A stretch of DNA of 63,435 nt, filler included, from Actinomycetota bacterium (GCA_046725875.1; 5 parts of 5 records of this genome joined end to end with filler, not necessarily neighbours in it), one strand, 5' to 3'. Positions 28,516 to 39,541 are shown, counted from the first letter of the whole stretch. A program made the numbers and translations. Notes: generated by a model from the sequence alone, not told the origin.

Positions 28516-28762
28516 CCGGGATGATCCCGTTCTTAACCCCACCCACACCCAACGGCCGGCCGGCCAAACACGTGCAGAGCCTTTGCATCACGGCTCGCCT
28601 GCTTGTCGCTCACGATCTTCGATCGTAGGGATTGCCGGAAGCTAGATATGCCCACTCGACGATGCGAGATGGCGCACATCCGCCACCACGGCCGGCAATG
28701 TGCATGGCGTCCGCCGCGTCGGGTATCGCGATGCCCACGGAAACCACCCTCCGGGGGTAGTG

Positions 28763-29212
28763 ATGGAAAGCCGCGCAAAGCTGATGGGCCACCCGGTCCA
28801 TCCAATGTTGATCGTCTTCCCGTTGGGGCTGCTCGCGACGGCAGCAGTCTTCGACATTCTGTATTTGATCACCGACCGTTCCGGGTTCCCGATAGCCGCC
28901 GGGTACGCCATCGCCGCCGGCGTCCTGGGTGGTCTGCTCGCTGCGGTGTTCGGCCTGGTCGACTGGCTGGCCATCCCGGCCGGCACCCGGGCCAGGCGGA
29001 TCGGTGCACTGCACGGCATAGGCAACGTGGTAGTCGTGGCGCTGTTCGCGGTGAGCTGGCTGCTGCGCGCCCAGGCCGACAACTGGCACCCGAGCGCTCT
29101 CGCGCTGGTCTTCAGCTTCACCGGTGTGGCCCTGGCCGGGGTGACCGGCTGGCTGGGCGGCGAACTGGTCGACCGGCTCGGGGTGGGCGTGGACAAGGAC
29201 GCCGACCTGAAC
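28763..29212 (+). CDS. DUF2231 membrane protein; truncated at contig end
   Basis: GHPVHPMLIVFPLG, G.VDW, HG..N, GWLGGELV.R.G.GV. Confidence 0.88.
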
Positions 29213-29312
29213 NNNNNNNNNNNNNNNNNNNNNNNNNNNNNNNNNNNNNNNNNNNNTTAATTAATTAANNNNNNNNNNNNNNNNNNNNNNNNNNNNNNNN
29301 NNNNNNNNNNNN
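29213..29312. other. Artificial contig spacer
   Basis: N-run / TTAATTAATTAA (stops in all frames) / N-run, 100 nt. Confidence 0.99.
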
Positions 29313-30850
29313 GCTGGCACATCGCCGACCCGGCGAACCCGGCGAGCAAGCCGGCCGAGGTCGCCTATCCCGCTGCGGGCACGCCGAACGCGGTCGTCTC
29401 GCTCGCCCTGGTCGACCTGGACGGCTCGCGGCAGGAGGTCCGCTGGGACGTGCAGACCTATCCCTATCTCGTGACCGCCAACTGGTCATCCGGCGGTCCG
29501 CCTCTGGTGCTGGTCATGTCCCCGGACCAGCGGGCGAGCCAGATCCTTTCGGTCGACGTCGACAGCGGGTTGACCACGGTCGTGGAGACCGCCACCGATG
29601 GGAGCTGGCTCGACGTGGTCCCCGGCGTGCCGCAGTGGACGCCGGATGGTCGACTCGTGACGACGCGCGACCAGGCCGAGGAGCGCCGCCTCGTCGTTGA
29701 CGGCGCGCCCGTGACCAGCGGGCTCCAAGTCCGTGGCGTGATCGATGTCGGGGAGGACGACCTGCTCTTCGCGGCCTCTGCGAATGACCCGGCTCAGGTC
29801 CACGTCTACCTTGCGCGCATAAGCGCCGGCGAGCCGCCTCGCGCAAGCGAAGGCGGGACCTCCTCGACATCCACAACTGCTCTGGGGTCTGACGGAAGGT
29901 CGTCTGCAGCATCAGTAATAGTGCCGATCTCGGACGGCGTGGGCGTGCACAGTGCCACCCGTGGCGGCCGGGTGACAGTCCTGTCGAGCGCCAGCCTGGA
30001 CTGGTTTGGCGCCCGGGTTCGCGTGCTGCACGACGGCGAGGGGGAGATTGCCGACATTCAGTCGCAGGCCCTGACGCCGCCGCTCACCCCGGCCGTGTCG
30101 ATTCGAGCCGTCGGATCGACGCAGCTGCGCACCGCCGTGGTCTTCCCGGCCGGCCACGTCGGTGGGTCGGCCCGACTGCCCGTCCTCGTGGCGCCGTACG
30201 GTGGCCCCCACCACCAGGAGGTCCTCTTCGCGCGCAACGGCTACCTCAAGCCGCAGTGGCTGGCCGATCAGGGATTCGCCGTCGTCATCGCGGACGGCCG
30301 CGGCACTCCGGGTCGGGGGCCGGCCTGGGAGCGAGCGATCGCCTTCGACGTGGCCGGGCCGGTGCTCGAGGACCAGGTCGCCGCGTTGCATGCGGTGGCG
30401 GCCGACGAGCCCGACCTTGACCTGGGCCGCGTCGGAATCATGGGCTGGTCCTTCGGCGGCTACCTCGCCGCGCTCGCCGTACTCCGCCGCCCGGACGTCT
30501 TCCACGCAGCGGTCGCCGGCGCGCCGCCGACCGACTGGAGGCTCTACGACACGTTCTATACCGAGCGGTATCTCGGGACACCGGACGAGCAGCCGGAGGC
30601 GTACGAACGCACTTCGATCATTCATGACGCACCGCGCCTCGAGCGGCCGCTCATGCTCATCCACGGGCTGTCCGACGACAACGTCGTGGCCGCACATACG
30701 CTCCGCTTCTCCTCGGCGCTGCTCGCCGCCGGCCGGCAGCACACTGTGCTCCCGCTGTCCGGCGTGACCCACATAACGCCGCAGGAGGTGGTCGCGGAGA
30801 ACCTGCTCCTGCTGCAGGTCCGCTTCCTCAAGGAAGCGCTGCGCCTCTAA
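29313..30850 (+). CDS. S9 family dipeptidyl peptidase IV-like; 5' end missing
   Basis: YGGP, DGRGTPGRG, GWSFGG nucleophile, DDNV, catalytic H in GVTH. Confidence 0.93.
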
Positions 30851-30957
30851 AACGTGGGTAGCGGGGACCGTTCCTCCAGCCAGCGACCCGTAGAAGCGCC
30901 CTTGCTCCAAACTTATGGAAGCAAGGACCTTCGACCGATTGGGCGGCGCAGCCGCGG

Positions 30958-32007
30958 CTAGATGAGCTTCTTCTGCTCAGGAAAGTGGCAGGCGACCTCG
31001 TGGCCCGGGGCCTTGAGCTCGAGCGGCGGCACGATGGTCTTGCAGATCTCCTGCGCCTTCCAGCACCGCGTATGGAACACGCAGCCGCTCGGCGGGTTGA
31101 CCGGGCTTGGCAGGTCGCCCTTGAGCAGGATGCGCTCCCGCTTCTGCTCCTTGACCGGGTCGGGGACCGGAACCGCCGACATCAATGCATGGGTATACGG
31201 ATGTAGCGGCTCCCTATAGAGCGTGTCCCGGTCGGTCTGCTCCATGACCTTGCCGAGGTACATGACCGCGACGCGGTCGGAGATATGGCGGACCACGGAC
31301 AGGTCGTGCGCGATGAAGACATACGCGAGGTTGAACTCGTTCTGCAGGTCCTCCAGCAGGTTCACAATCTGGGCCTGGATGGACACGTCCAGCGCGGAGA
31401 CCGGCTCGTCGCAGACGATGAGCTTTGGACGCAGGGCGATCGCGCGGGCCACGCCGATGCGCTGGCGTTGGCCGCCGGAGAACTCGTGCGGGTAGCGGTT
31501 GTAGTGCTCCGGGTTCATGCCGACCCGCTCCATCAGCTCCTGGACCTCGCGCTTGATGCCGCGCTCGGTCTTGATCCCCTGGATCCGGAACGGGGCGCCG
31601 ACGATCGTTCCGACCGTATGCCGCGGGTTCAGCGAGTTGTACGGGTCCTGGAAGATGATCTGCATGTCGCGGCGGTACGGCCGCACGTGGCCGCGGGATA
31701 GCCGGCTGATGTCCCGGCCCTCGAACTCAACCGTCCCGGACGTTGGCTCCAGCAGCTTTGCGACCACCCGGCCGGTGGTCGACTTGCCGCAGCCGGACTC
31801 ACCCACTAGGCCCAGGGTCTCGCCTCGGCCAACATGGAAGGAGACGCCGTCGACGGCCTTCACTGCGCCGATCTTGCGCTGGTAGAGGATGCCGCGCGTG
31901 ATCGGGAAGTGCTTCCTCAGGCCGGTCACCCTCAGCAGCGCGTCGCGACCGGGCGCCTGAGGTTCCTGGCTCGGCTCGGCGGTCGCGGCTGGGCTGGTGG
32001 TGGTCAA
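30958..32007 (-). CDS. Oligopeptide ABC ATP-binding subunit (OppF / BldKE-like)
   Basis: GESGCGKS, FSGGQRQR, DEPVSALD, HPYT, PPSGC.FHTRC; GAGGAGGAG RBS before TTG. Confidence 0.93.
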   Translation of the reverse strand: MTTTSPAATAEPSQEPQAPGRDALLRVTGLRKHFPITRGILYQRKIGAVKAVDGVSFHVGRGETLGLVGESGCGKSTTGRVVAKLLEPTSGTVEFEGRDISRLSRGHVRPYRRDMQIIFQDPYNSLNPRHTVGTIVGAPFRIQGIKTERGIKREVQELMERVGMNPEHYNRYPHEFSGGQRQRIGVARAIALRPKLIVCDEPVSALDVSIQAQIVNLLEDLQNEFNLAYVFIAHDLSVVRHISDRVAVMYLGKVMEQTDRDTLYREPLHPYTHALMSAVPVPDPVKEQKRERILLKGDLPSPVNPPSGCVFHTRCWKAQEICKTIVPPLELKAPGHEVACHFPEQKKLI

Positions 32008-32056
32008 GGGTCTCCTCCTCGGTTCACGAGGACGCGGTGCGGGGTCGATGCTTGCG

Positions 32057-33130
32057 TCAGATCCTCGGTTTGATGCTCTCCTGCCACAAGGCCCGGCGCT
32101 CCTCGGGGTCAATGTGGCACCGCACGCTGTGTCCATCCTGGCTGGCGAGCAGCTCGGGCACCTCGGCCCGGCAGCGGTCGCCCTCGACGTGCCCCTGGTA
32201 CGCGCACCGCGGGTGGAAGGCGCAGCCACTCGGGACATTGATCAGCGAGGGCGGTTGACCCGCGATCGGGAGCAGCCGGGTCTGTCGCTCCCGGTCCATC
32301 CGCGGCACCGAGCTCAGCAGACCCCACGCATAGGGCATCTCCGGCCGGTAGAAGACTTCGGCAGCCGTGCCGCGCTCGACGCACTTCCCCGCATACATCA
32401 CGACCACATCGTCGCAGGTCTCCGCGACGACGCCGAGGTCGTGGGTGATGAGGACGATGGCGGTGTTGAACTCGCTCTGCAGGTCCTTCATGAGCTCGAG
32501 GATCTGCGCCTGGACGGTAACGTCTAGCGCCGTTGTCGGCTCGTCCGCGATGATCAGCTGGGGGGTGTTGATCAGCGCCATCGCAATCATCGCGCGCTGC
32601 CGCATGCCGCCGGAGAACTGGTGCGGGTAGTCGTCGATACGCGAGCTCGGGTTCGGGATGCCCACCCGGTCGAGCATGTCGATGGCGAGCCTGCGCGCCT
32701 CGGCCTTCGAGGCGTGCGGGTGATGCTCGCGGTAGGACTCGATGATCTGGTCGCCAACCTTATAGAAAGGGTGCAACGATGAGAGCGGGTCTTGGAAGAC
32801 CATCGCCATCTTCGGTCCCCGGAGGCTGCGGATCTCGTCCTCGTTCATCGCGACGAGCTCCTGGTTGTCGAGCCAGATCTCGCCGGAGACCCGGGCGCGG
32901 CTGCCCTTGTGGATGCCGAGGATCGCGAGGCTCGTTACCGACTTGCCGGAGCCTGACTCACCGACGATGCCCAGCGTCTTGCCCTTCTCGAGACTGAAGG
33001 ACAGCCCGTCCACCGCCTTGACCAGGCCATCCTCGGTCGGGAAGTGGACCCGCAGGTCCCTTACCTCGAGGAAGGCGTTTGGCGGCTGGACGGGAGCCGG
33101 CTCGTCGAGCACCTCGATGGCTGCGCTCAT
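32057..33130 (-). CDS. Oligopeptide ABC ATP-binding subunit (OppD / BldKD-like)
   Basis: [28 protein letters not shown]. Confidence 0.94.
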   Translation of the reverse strand: MSAAIEVLDEPAPVQPPNAFLEVRDLRVHFPTEDGLVKAVDGLSFSLEKGKTLGIVGESGSGKSVTSLAILGIHKGSRARVSGEIWLDNQELVAMNEDEIRSLRGPKMAMVFQDPLSSLHPFYKVGDQIIESYREHHPHASKAEARRLAIDMLDRVGIPNPSSRIDDYPHQFSGGMRQRAMIAMALINTPQLIIADEPTTALDVTVQAQILELMKDLQSEFNTAIVLITHDLGVVAETCDDVVVMYAGKCVERGTAAEVFYRPEMPYAWGLLSSVPRMDRERQTRLLPIAGQPPSLINVPSGCAFHPRCAYQGHVEGDRCRAEVPELLASQDGHSVRCHIDPEERRALWQESIKPRI

Positions 33131-33227
33131 CGATGAGTCCCCTTCAGTGCTGTGCTGGGGTGTTGCCTAATAATGACCGGTTCTGCGGCAGTTCGCCCAC
33201 TTTCCCCGAGGCGTTTGGCGAGTCGGG

Positions 33228-34229
33228 TCACTGGAGCCTTACCCGCGGATCGACCACGCTATAGAGAACGTCGACGACGATGTTCGCGACGACGATGAAG
33301 ACCGCCGCGAAGATGGTCGTACCCATGATCACCGGCAGGTCTCGACCGGCGATGGCGTCGAAGGACAGCCGGCCGATGCCCGGGATGTTGAAGACGGTCT
33401 CGGTGATGATGGCACCGCCGAGCAGGAGGCCGAGGTCGAGGCCGAAGATCGTCACGATCGGAGTCAAGGCGGCCCGCATGCCGTGCCTGACGACCACTTT
33501 TCGGCGCGGCAGACCTTTGGCCCGGGCGGTTCTGATGTAGTCCTCGCCCATCGTCTCGAGCATGTTGGCGCGCATCAGGCGGGCGTAGAGCGCGGCGAAG
33601 ATCGTTACCAGGGAGATCCACGGCAGGAGCAGATTCTTCGCCCATTCGTACGGGTTCTCGGTGAACTTCACATAATGGACGTTAGGGAACCAGCCGAGCT
33701 TGTAGCTGAAGATCAGCAAGAGCAGGTTGCCGGTGAAGAAGATCGGCAGCGACACGGCGGCCAGGGCGATGCCCATGGTGGCCCGGTCGAGCAGGCTTCC
33801 GCGTTTCAGCGCGGAGAGCACGCCGACGCCGACGCCGAAGATGAGCCAGAGCACCGCGGCGCCGCCGGCGAGGGAGGCGGTGACCGGGAACTTCTCCGCG
33901 ATCAAGCTCGAGACCGTCTTATGTCTGAGGAAGCTGTAGCCGAGACACGGGGCAGGACATTCCACCGTCTGGTTTCCACTGCTGAACTCGCGGCCGGTGA
34001 AGATGCCCTTCACATAGAGGCCGTATTGAACGGGGAGCGGCCTGTCGAAGCCGAGCTTGTGCCGGATCGCCTCCACCTGCGCCTCGGACGGGTGCCGCCC
34101 GGCGTACAGGTAGGCGTAGTCGGCGCCGGTCAGCACCGGCACCCACATGAAGATCCCGAAAGTGATCACGCTTACGACTACAAGGACGAGCAGCGCTCCG
34201 AGCAGCCTGCGGACGACGTAGCGGGCCAT
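33228..34229 (-). CDS. Oligopeptide ABC permease (OppB / BldKC-like)
   Basis: EDYIRTARAKGL, GGAIITETVF.IPG.G, DPRVR. Confidence 0.93.
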   Translation of the reverse strand: MARYVVRRLLGALLVLVVVSVITFGIFMWVPVLTGADYAYLYAGRHPSEAQVEAIRHKLGFDRPLPVQYGLYVKGIFTGREFSSGNQTVECPAPCLGYSFLRHKTVSSLIAEKFPVTASLAGGAAVLWLIFGVGVGVLSALKRGSLLDRATMGIALAAVSLPIFFTGNLLLLIFSYKLGWFPNVHYVKFTENPYEWAKNLLLPWISLVTIFAALYARLMRANMLETMGEDYIRTARAKGLPRRKVVVRHGMRAALTPIVTIFGLDLGLLLGGAIITETVFNIPGIGRLSFDAIAGRDLPVIMGTTIFAAVFIVVANIVVDVLYSVVDPRVRLQ

Positions 34230-34337
34230 CTGCGTCGGCTCCGGTGTGGCCGGCGGGGTCACCGCCGGCCACACCGTGCCTGTTCACCTTCTTTCGGGTG
34301 CGCGTGCGTGTCTTTACTTATTGACTGACAGCCGCGA

Positions 34338-36122
34338 TCATGCGCCGGTCGTGCCCATGTTCACCCAGTCGTACAGACCAAAGAAGTTGGTCGAGTAGAC
34401 GTTGGTGAGGTGCTGGTTGCGCCAGTAGACGCTCTTCGTCCACATGACCGGGACGTAGACCGCCGCTTCCATGATCGCGTCGTCGACCTGGCGGCCGATG
34501 GTGTCCCACTGGTCTGCCGGCGCCGTGAGCGACGAGTCGAGCAGCTGGTTGACCTTCGGGTCGTCGAGGTTGACGTAGTTGCTGTCGGCGGACGGGAGGT
34601 TCGCCTTGCCGTGGGCGATGGACTCCCAGAACCCCATGATGGACGGGAAGTCGGCACCCCAACCCGCGTCCATGATGCCGAGACCGTTCTTCTTCACGCT
34701 GTCCGGCGATGCGATGTAGGTCTGGTAGTAGGTGTCGGCCTCGCCGGGCTTCAGGCTGACCTTGATGCCGACCCGGCCGAGCGCCTCCTGCACCGCCCCG
34801 GCGCGGGCGCCACCAGTGCCCTGGTTGACGAACGCCATGTTGGTCTTGAAGCCGTTCGGCTGGCCGCACTGGCTCAGCTCGTCCTTGGCCTTGGTGAGGT
34901 CACCTGAGAAGTCCGCGCCGTTCGGATACATGTTCGCCTTGGTGTCGTGCCCAGGCAGACCGGACGGCGTCAGGCTCGGGGCGATGTCGCCGGTGACCGC
35001 GCCACCGTAGGCGAGCCGCCAGGCTTGCTTGTTGATGGCGTAGAAGACCGCGCGACGGCAGTGCACGTTGTCGAACGGCTTCACGTCTGGCGAGACCCCC
35101 AGGTAGCGGAGGGATCCGTCGACCGGGTTGTCGATGTACTTCTTCAGATTCGGGTCGGCGAACGCCTCGTTCTGGAACGTCGGCTGGAGATCAGCGTCCA
35201 CCCGGGCGTCCAGCGTGCCCGCCTTCAGCCGGGCGTCGAGGTCGTCCAGGTTCGTGATGTACGTGATCTCGATCCGGTCCGCCTTGGGCTTGCGGATCGA
35301 GTCGGTCTCCTGCTTCCAGTTCGTGTTGCGCTCGAACGTGATCCCGGTGTCCGGATCGTACTGCGTGATCTTGAATGGGCCGGACGAGACCGGGTGCTGC
35401 GTGTAGTTCTCGCCGTCGTCCTTCGCCTGTGGGATCGGCGAGGTTGGGCCCATCGCCATCAGGTAGTCGAAGTCCGCGCGCGCCTGGGCGAGGTGGAAGA
35501 TGATGGTCTTGTCGTCCGGCGTCTCCATCGAGGGAGCGCCGTTGACCATCGGCTCACCCTTCTTGTCCTTGTAGGGCCCCTGATAGGTCGGCGTACTGTC
35601 CTTGCAGGTGTCCAGCAGACAGAGGAAGTAGCCGGTCGGGCCACCGTTGATCACGTCGGTGGCGAAGCCGCGCTCGATGGCGTACTTGATGTCCTTCGTC
35701 GTGATGGGCGTTCCGTCGTCGTAGGTGACGCCGTCGCGCAGCGTGTACTTGTACGTCTTGAAATCGGCGCTCGCCTCGCCCTTCGCGGTTGCAAGGTCAG
35801 GCTCCACCTGTGACGCCCGCTTCGGGTCTGACACAAAGCCCATGAGCGTCCGCGCATAGAGCCGCTGCAGGTTCCAGACGAAGCCGTAGTAGGCCCGCGC
35901 CGGGTCCCACGAGTCGGCGTCCGAGCCGGCGCCAAGCCGGATGGTGCCGCCGGTCTGGTCATTCGGATTGATGATCGTGGTGGTGGAGATGTTGAAGGCC
36001 GGGGCGGTGCCGCCAGCGGCGCCCCCGGTCGTGTCGTCGTCTCCACCACCGCAGGCAGCCAGGATCAGCGCGCCGGCAGCAGCGACGGCGGCGAACCTGG
36101 CCGAACGACGGAGGTTCGACAT
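34338..36122 (-). CDS. Peptide ABC substrate-binding lipoprotein (OppA / BldKB-like)
   Basis: Lipobox LAAC, DSWDP..YY, LRDG.TYDDG.PIT..D.KY, SSGP, W.ADFP. Confidence 0.93.
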   Translation of the reverse strand: MSNLRRSARFAAVAAAGALILAACGGGDDDTTGGAAGGTAPAFNISTTTIINPNDQTGGTIRLGAGSDADSWDPARAYYGFVWNLQRLYARTLMGFVSDPKRASQVEPDLATAKGEASADFKTYKYTLRDGVTYDDGTPITTKDIKYAIERGFATDVINGGPTGYFLCLLDTCKDSTPTYQGPYKDKKGEPMVNGAPSMETPDDKTIIFHLAQARADFDYLMAMGPTSPIPQAKDDGENYTQHPVSSGPFKITQYDPDTGITFERNTNWKQETDSIRKPKADRIEITYITNLDDLDARLKAGTLDARVDADLQPTFQNEAFADPNLKKYIDNPVDGSLRYLGVSPDVKPFDNVHCRRAVFYAINKQAWRLAYGGAVTGDIAPSLTPSGLPGHDTKANMYPNGADFSGDLTKAKDELSQCGQPNGFKTNMAFVNQGTGGARAGAVQEALGRVGIKVSLKPGEADTYYQTYIASPDSVKKNGLGIMDAGWGADFPSIMGFWESIAHGKANLPSADSNYVNLDDPKVNQLLDSSLTAPADQWDTIGRQVDDAIMEAAVYVPVMWTKSVYWRNQHLTNVYSTNFFGLYDWVNMGTTGA

Positions 36123-36221
36123 TGCGTTAGTCCACCTTCTCCTCGGGGTGGTTCCGGGTCACCGGGTCCGGTGCCCGGTCTCGGCGTGTGGCCGAGAGCT
36201 TCTGGGGGATCAAGCCGGCCA

Positions 36222-37226
36222 TCACCGGCTCGACTTGGGATCGACGGCGTCGCGCAGACCGTCGCCGAACAGGTTGATCGACAACACGGCAATGAAGATC
36301 ACCGCGCCGGGCGCGATCAGGTAGAGCGGGTCGAGCCGGGAAATGCCCGACGCAGCGGCCACCATCTGCCCGAGCGAAGCGGTCGGTGGGGATATGCCGA
36401 CGCCCAGGAAGGACAAGCCCGCCTCGGTCAGGATGTTGGTCGGGAACAGCAGGGTCGCGTAGACCAGGATCGGCGCGACGAGATTCGGCAGCATCTCCCG
36501 GAACAGGATTCTCGAGCTGGAGGCGCCGAGACTTCGGGCTGCCTCGACGAACTCACGTTCCCGCAGCGAGATGACCTGCCCACGGATGATCCGCGCGGGA
36601 TACGCCCAGCCGAAGACGCCGATGACAAAGATCATCGCCGCAACGCTCAGCGAGTTTCCGTCCAGCGGGCCGATGCCACCAGTGGCCTGCCGGACGATCA
36701 CAAGCAGGGCGATCGAGAAGAGCAGAATCGGGAAGGCCAGCGTGATGTCCATCAGTCTGGAGAGGACGGTGTCGACCCAGCCGCCGAAGTAGCCGGCCAC
36801 GATCCCGCCGAGCACGCCAAGAGTGACCGCAAGGACGGTGGCCGATCCGGCGATAAACAGCGAGACCTGCAGGCCGACGATGACCCGGTCCATGATGTCC
36901 CGCCCGTTCAGCGGCTCCACCCCGAGCGGGTGCTCCCAACTGACGCCCCCGAGCGCCCCCTGGGGCATGGAGTTTTGCTGGTTCAGGGCATCGGTGTTGC
37001 TCTGGTTGGGATGGATGAGGTCGAAGCTCTGCAAGGGCCACGCGGCTATTGCGATGCCGACGAGGATGAGGGCGATGATGCCGCCCGCCATCGCGACCCG
37101 GTCCTTGCGGAGCCTTGCCCAGGCGATCTGGCCGAGTGATCGGCCTTCGATCCGACGCTCGCCCTCGCTGACCGCCGCGATCGGCTGCTCGCCGACCTCT
37201 TCAAGAGCGCCAGGGCTCACAGTCAT
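36222..37226 (-). CDS. Oligopeptide ABC permease (OppC / BldKA-like)
   Basis: HPLGVEP..GRD, REFVEAARSLGA, EAGLSFLG.G, GDGLRDA.DP. Confidence 0.93.
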   Translation of the reverse strand: MTVSPGALEEVGEQPIAAVSEGERRIEGRSLGQIAWARLRKDRVAMAGGIIALILVGIAIAAWPLQSFDLIHPNQSNTDALNQQNSMPQGALGGVSWEHPLGVEPLNGRDIMDRVIVGLQVSLFIAGSATVLAVTLGVLGGIVAGYFGGWVDTVLSRLMDITLAFPILLFSIALLVIVRQATGGIGPLDGNSLSVAAMIFVIGVFGWAYPARIIRGQVISLREREFVEAARSLGASSSRILFREMLPNLVAPILVYATLLFPTNILTEAGLSFLGVGISPPTASLGQMVAAASGISRLDPLYLIAPGAVIFIAVLSINLFGDGLRDAVDPKSSR

Positions 37227-37525
37227 GGGGGTCGTTCCTTCCGGACGTCACGGGACACGACATGGGGTCTTGTGGACCATCCGTGCCGGGCATTCGGACG
37301 GTACGATGCCCGCCCGGATCTGCATATGTAGCCCGCGCGGTTGTCGTCGATTTGTGACCCAGTGGTTGCGTTTGTGTATTCAGCCTCTGAGTTGAAGCAA
37401 CGCGCAGAAACGGCCATCTACCAGCCGATTTTGCCGTCACTTTAGAGCCTCTTTTGCGACGCTGTGGTTTTCCCGTACAGCGTCAAAATGGCCGCTGCTG
37501 CACGGCCCGGTTTCCGTCCTACTTG

Positions 37526-37560
37526 GCGGGGCCCGGTGGCTCTTCCGCCACCGGCCCCGC
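37526..37560 (-). terminator. Hairpin downstream of the second substrate-binding gene
   Basis: GCGGGGCCCGGTGGC / GCCACCGGCCCCGC near-perfect stem. Confidence 0.5.
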
Positions 37561-37635
37561 TTGTTGCCTCACCGCCTCCGTCTGACCAGTGAGGCATCCC
37601 CAAGGAGAAACCGTCCCCCGGCCCGGGCTAGATGA

Positions 37636-37728
37636 TCAGGCGCCGTCGCTGACGCCGATGTTCACCCAGTCATAGAGTCCGAAGAAGTTGGTCGAGTAGA
37701 CGTTGGTCATCCGCGGGTTGCGGTAGTA
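37636..37728 (-). CDS. C-terminus of a second, paralogous peptide-binding protein; truncated at contig end
   Basis: YYRNPRMTNVYSTNFFGLYDWVNIGVSDGA* versus YWRNQHLTNVYSTNFFGLYDWVNMGTTGA* of 34338-36122. Confidence 0.88.
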   Translation of the reverse strand, partial: YYRNPRMTNVYSTNFFGLYDWVNIGVSDGA

Positions 37729-37828
37729 NNNNNNNNNNNNNNNNNNNNNNNNNNNNNNNNNNNNNNNNNNNNTTAATTAATTAANNNNNNNNNNNNNNNN
37801 NNNNNNNNNNNNNNNNNNNNNNNNNNNN
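37729..37828. other. Artificial contig spacer
   Basis: N-run / TTAATTAATTAA / N-run. Confidence 0.99.
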
Positions 37829-37829
37829 A

Positions 37830-38069
37830 CTGCGAAACGAGCTCGACGGCGAGATCCTCGTCTACGGCAGCCGCCGCCTCTCGCACGCCCTGATCGGGAT
37901 GGGGCTGGTGGACGAGCTGCGCCTACTGGTCTACCCGGTGGTGCTCGGTGCCGGAGACCGCCTGTTCGAAGACACGCAGGACAAGATCGCGCTGCGCCTG
38001 GTCGAAACGCGCCCGTTCGAGGCAGGCGTGGTGAGCATGATCTACGCACCCGCCACGGCGAACGGATGA
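37830..38069 (+). CDS. RibD C-terminal / dihydrofolate reductase-like protein, 3' part only
   Basis: GEILVYGS..L...L...GLVDELRL.VYPVVLGAGDRLF. Confidence 0.85.
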   Translation: MRNELDGEILVYGSRRLSHALIGMGLVDELRLLVYPVVLGAGDRLFEDTQDKIALRLVETRPFEAGVVSMIYAPATANG

Positions 38070-38296
38070 TCTGACCGGTCCTCGACCGCAAGCCGGGGCG
38101 GATCGCGCGAGCGCCGTGACCAGTACACAGGCCGAGGGCATTGCCGGTGCCCGGGAGATCCTCGGCAATGAAGGTGGGGGAGAGCTGCAGGTTCGGGGCT
38201 CTCGACGGCATTTTCCGCGCGCAGGACACCATCCCGCCGGGCAATGACCCGCGTTCATTCAAGCGCTGACCGAGCGGTCGCCTTCTCGGCGCCAGC

Positions 38297-39124
38297 GGGT
38301 CTGTTGCGTTCGTGGCTCGTGGCGCAAGCCAGGGTGCCGGGCGTCCCACGAAGTCCTTCAGATTGCCTTGGCCAGTTCGCGGAATGCCACGGGGAGCCGA
38401 AGGTCTCGGGGTTGCTCAGATGCGATCTCGTAATGGCCGCGGCGCAGGTTCTGGACGAAGCATGGCCCGCGGCGAGAACCCGTAGCCCGGTCATCGTCTT
38501 GATCCCGCGCATCGGGCGCAGGCGACGTTTCAGCTGGGCGTGGTCGGCCTCGACCCGGTTGTTCGCATATCGCTCGATGTGGTGCCAGGTCGCCGGCCAC
38601 AGCTGGTCGAGGACCCGCGGGTAGGTCGGTGCGCGATCGGTGACGACCTCCACCGGCACCACACCGGTGGCCTTCCTGGCACGCTGGAAGAACCGACACG
38701 CCGCCCCAGCATCCCGGCGGGTCGACGCGTACACGTGGATGACCTGCCCGAACTGGTCGACCGCTCGATACAGGTAGACCCACCGACCGGCGACCTTCAC
38801 GTACGTCTGGTCCACCTGCCAGCGGTCGCCGACTCGATGCCGGCCGAACCGGGCCGCGTCGACCAGCAACGGCGCAAACCGCTGCACCCACCGGTGCACC
38901 GCGACATGATCCACCTCGATGCGGCGCTCGGCCAGTAGCTCGTCCACGTCCCGGTAGGACAGGCAAACCGCAGGTACCACCGCACCGCCAGCACGATCAC
39001 ATCCGGCGGGAAGCGGAACCCGGCGAACGCCGAGCGTGGAGGAGTTGGACGGCCAGTCGGCCGGATCGGCTGCACGCGGCCGGATCTTGCCGAAGCGACA
39101 CCTCACTCGTCAATGCACAGACCC
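38297..39124 (-). mobile_element. Degenerate IS6-family insertion sequence (about 828 bp)
   Basis: Ends GGGTCTGTTGCGTT and (reverse complement) GGGTCTGT-GCATT; no target duplication seen. Confidence 0.82.
38358..39075 (-). pseudogene. IS6 transposase with two frameshifts
   Basis: GFRFPPDVIVLAVRWYLR, LSYRDV.ELL.ER...VDQTYVKV.G.W.YLYRAVD...NNRVEADH and FVQNLRRGHYE lie in three different frames. Confidence 0.88.
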
Positions 39125-39541
39125 GGTCCAACGGGGTACGGACGTGAAGGCCTGGCTGTACCGCGCCTTGAACAGCACCATCGCCGACATCAGCGGGTGG
39201 CGGCAATCTCAGGCCCAGCCGACGGCCGCCGACAACCCCGGGCATTTGCTACCTGCCGATGCAGAGCCCCGACCCCGACTCGGATGGGGCGGACCGAGAG
39301 CGAGGCGCTGAACCAGCTACCCGACTCCCAGATAAAAGGCCCTGCAAAAGTTGCCCGTAGATCTCTGCCTCACGGCCTACTTTGCCGACGTGAGGGCTAC
39401 ACGTATGCGGAGATTGCGGAAATCGTCGAAGCGCCGATTCCCGTCGTGGCGGCGCGATTGCATCAAGGCCGCCGTCGGCTGCGTGGACTCCTTCTCAGTC
39501 ATGCGAACACAGCTGCTCTCGTCAGCCTCCAGCCGAGATGA
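39125..39541 (+). pseudogene. ECF sigma factor (SigH/SigR-like) remnant, frameshifted and lacking its N-terminus
   Basis: GTDVKAWLYR, EALNQLPDSQIK, LQKLP....AYFADV and EGYTYAEIAEIV..PI..V.ARLH.GRRRLR are spread across frames; begins at the IS6 end. Confidence 0.75.

Noticed and set aside
30900..30926. Imperfect hairpin CCTTGCTCCA / TGGAAGCAAGG between the peptidase and the OppF-like gene
   Set aside because: Probably a terminator or REP-like relic; no second copy noticed in the window.
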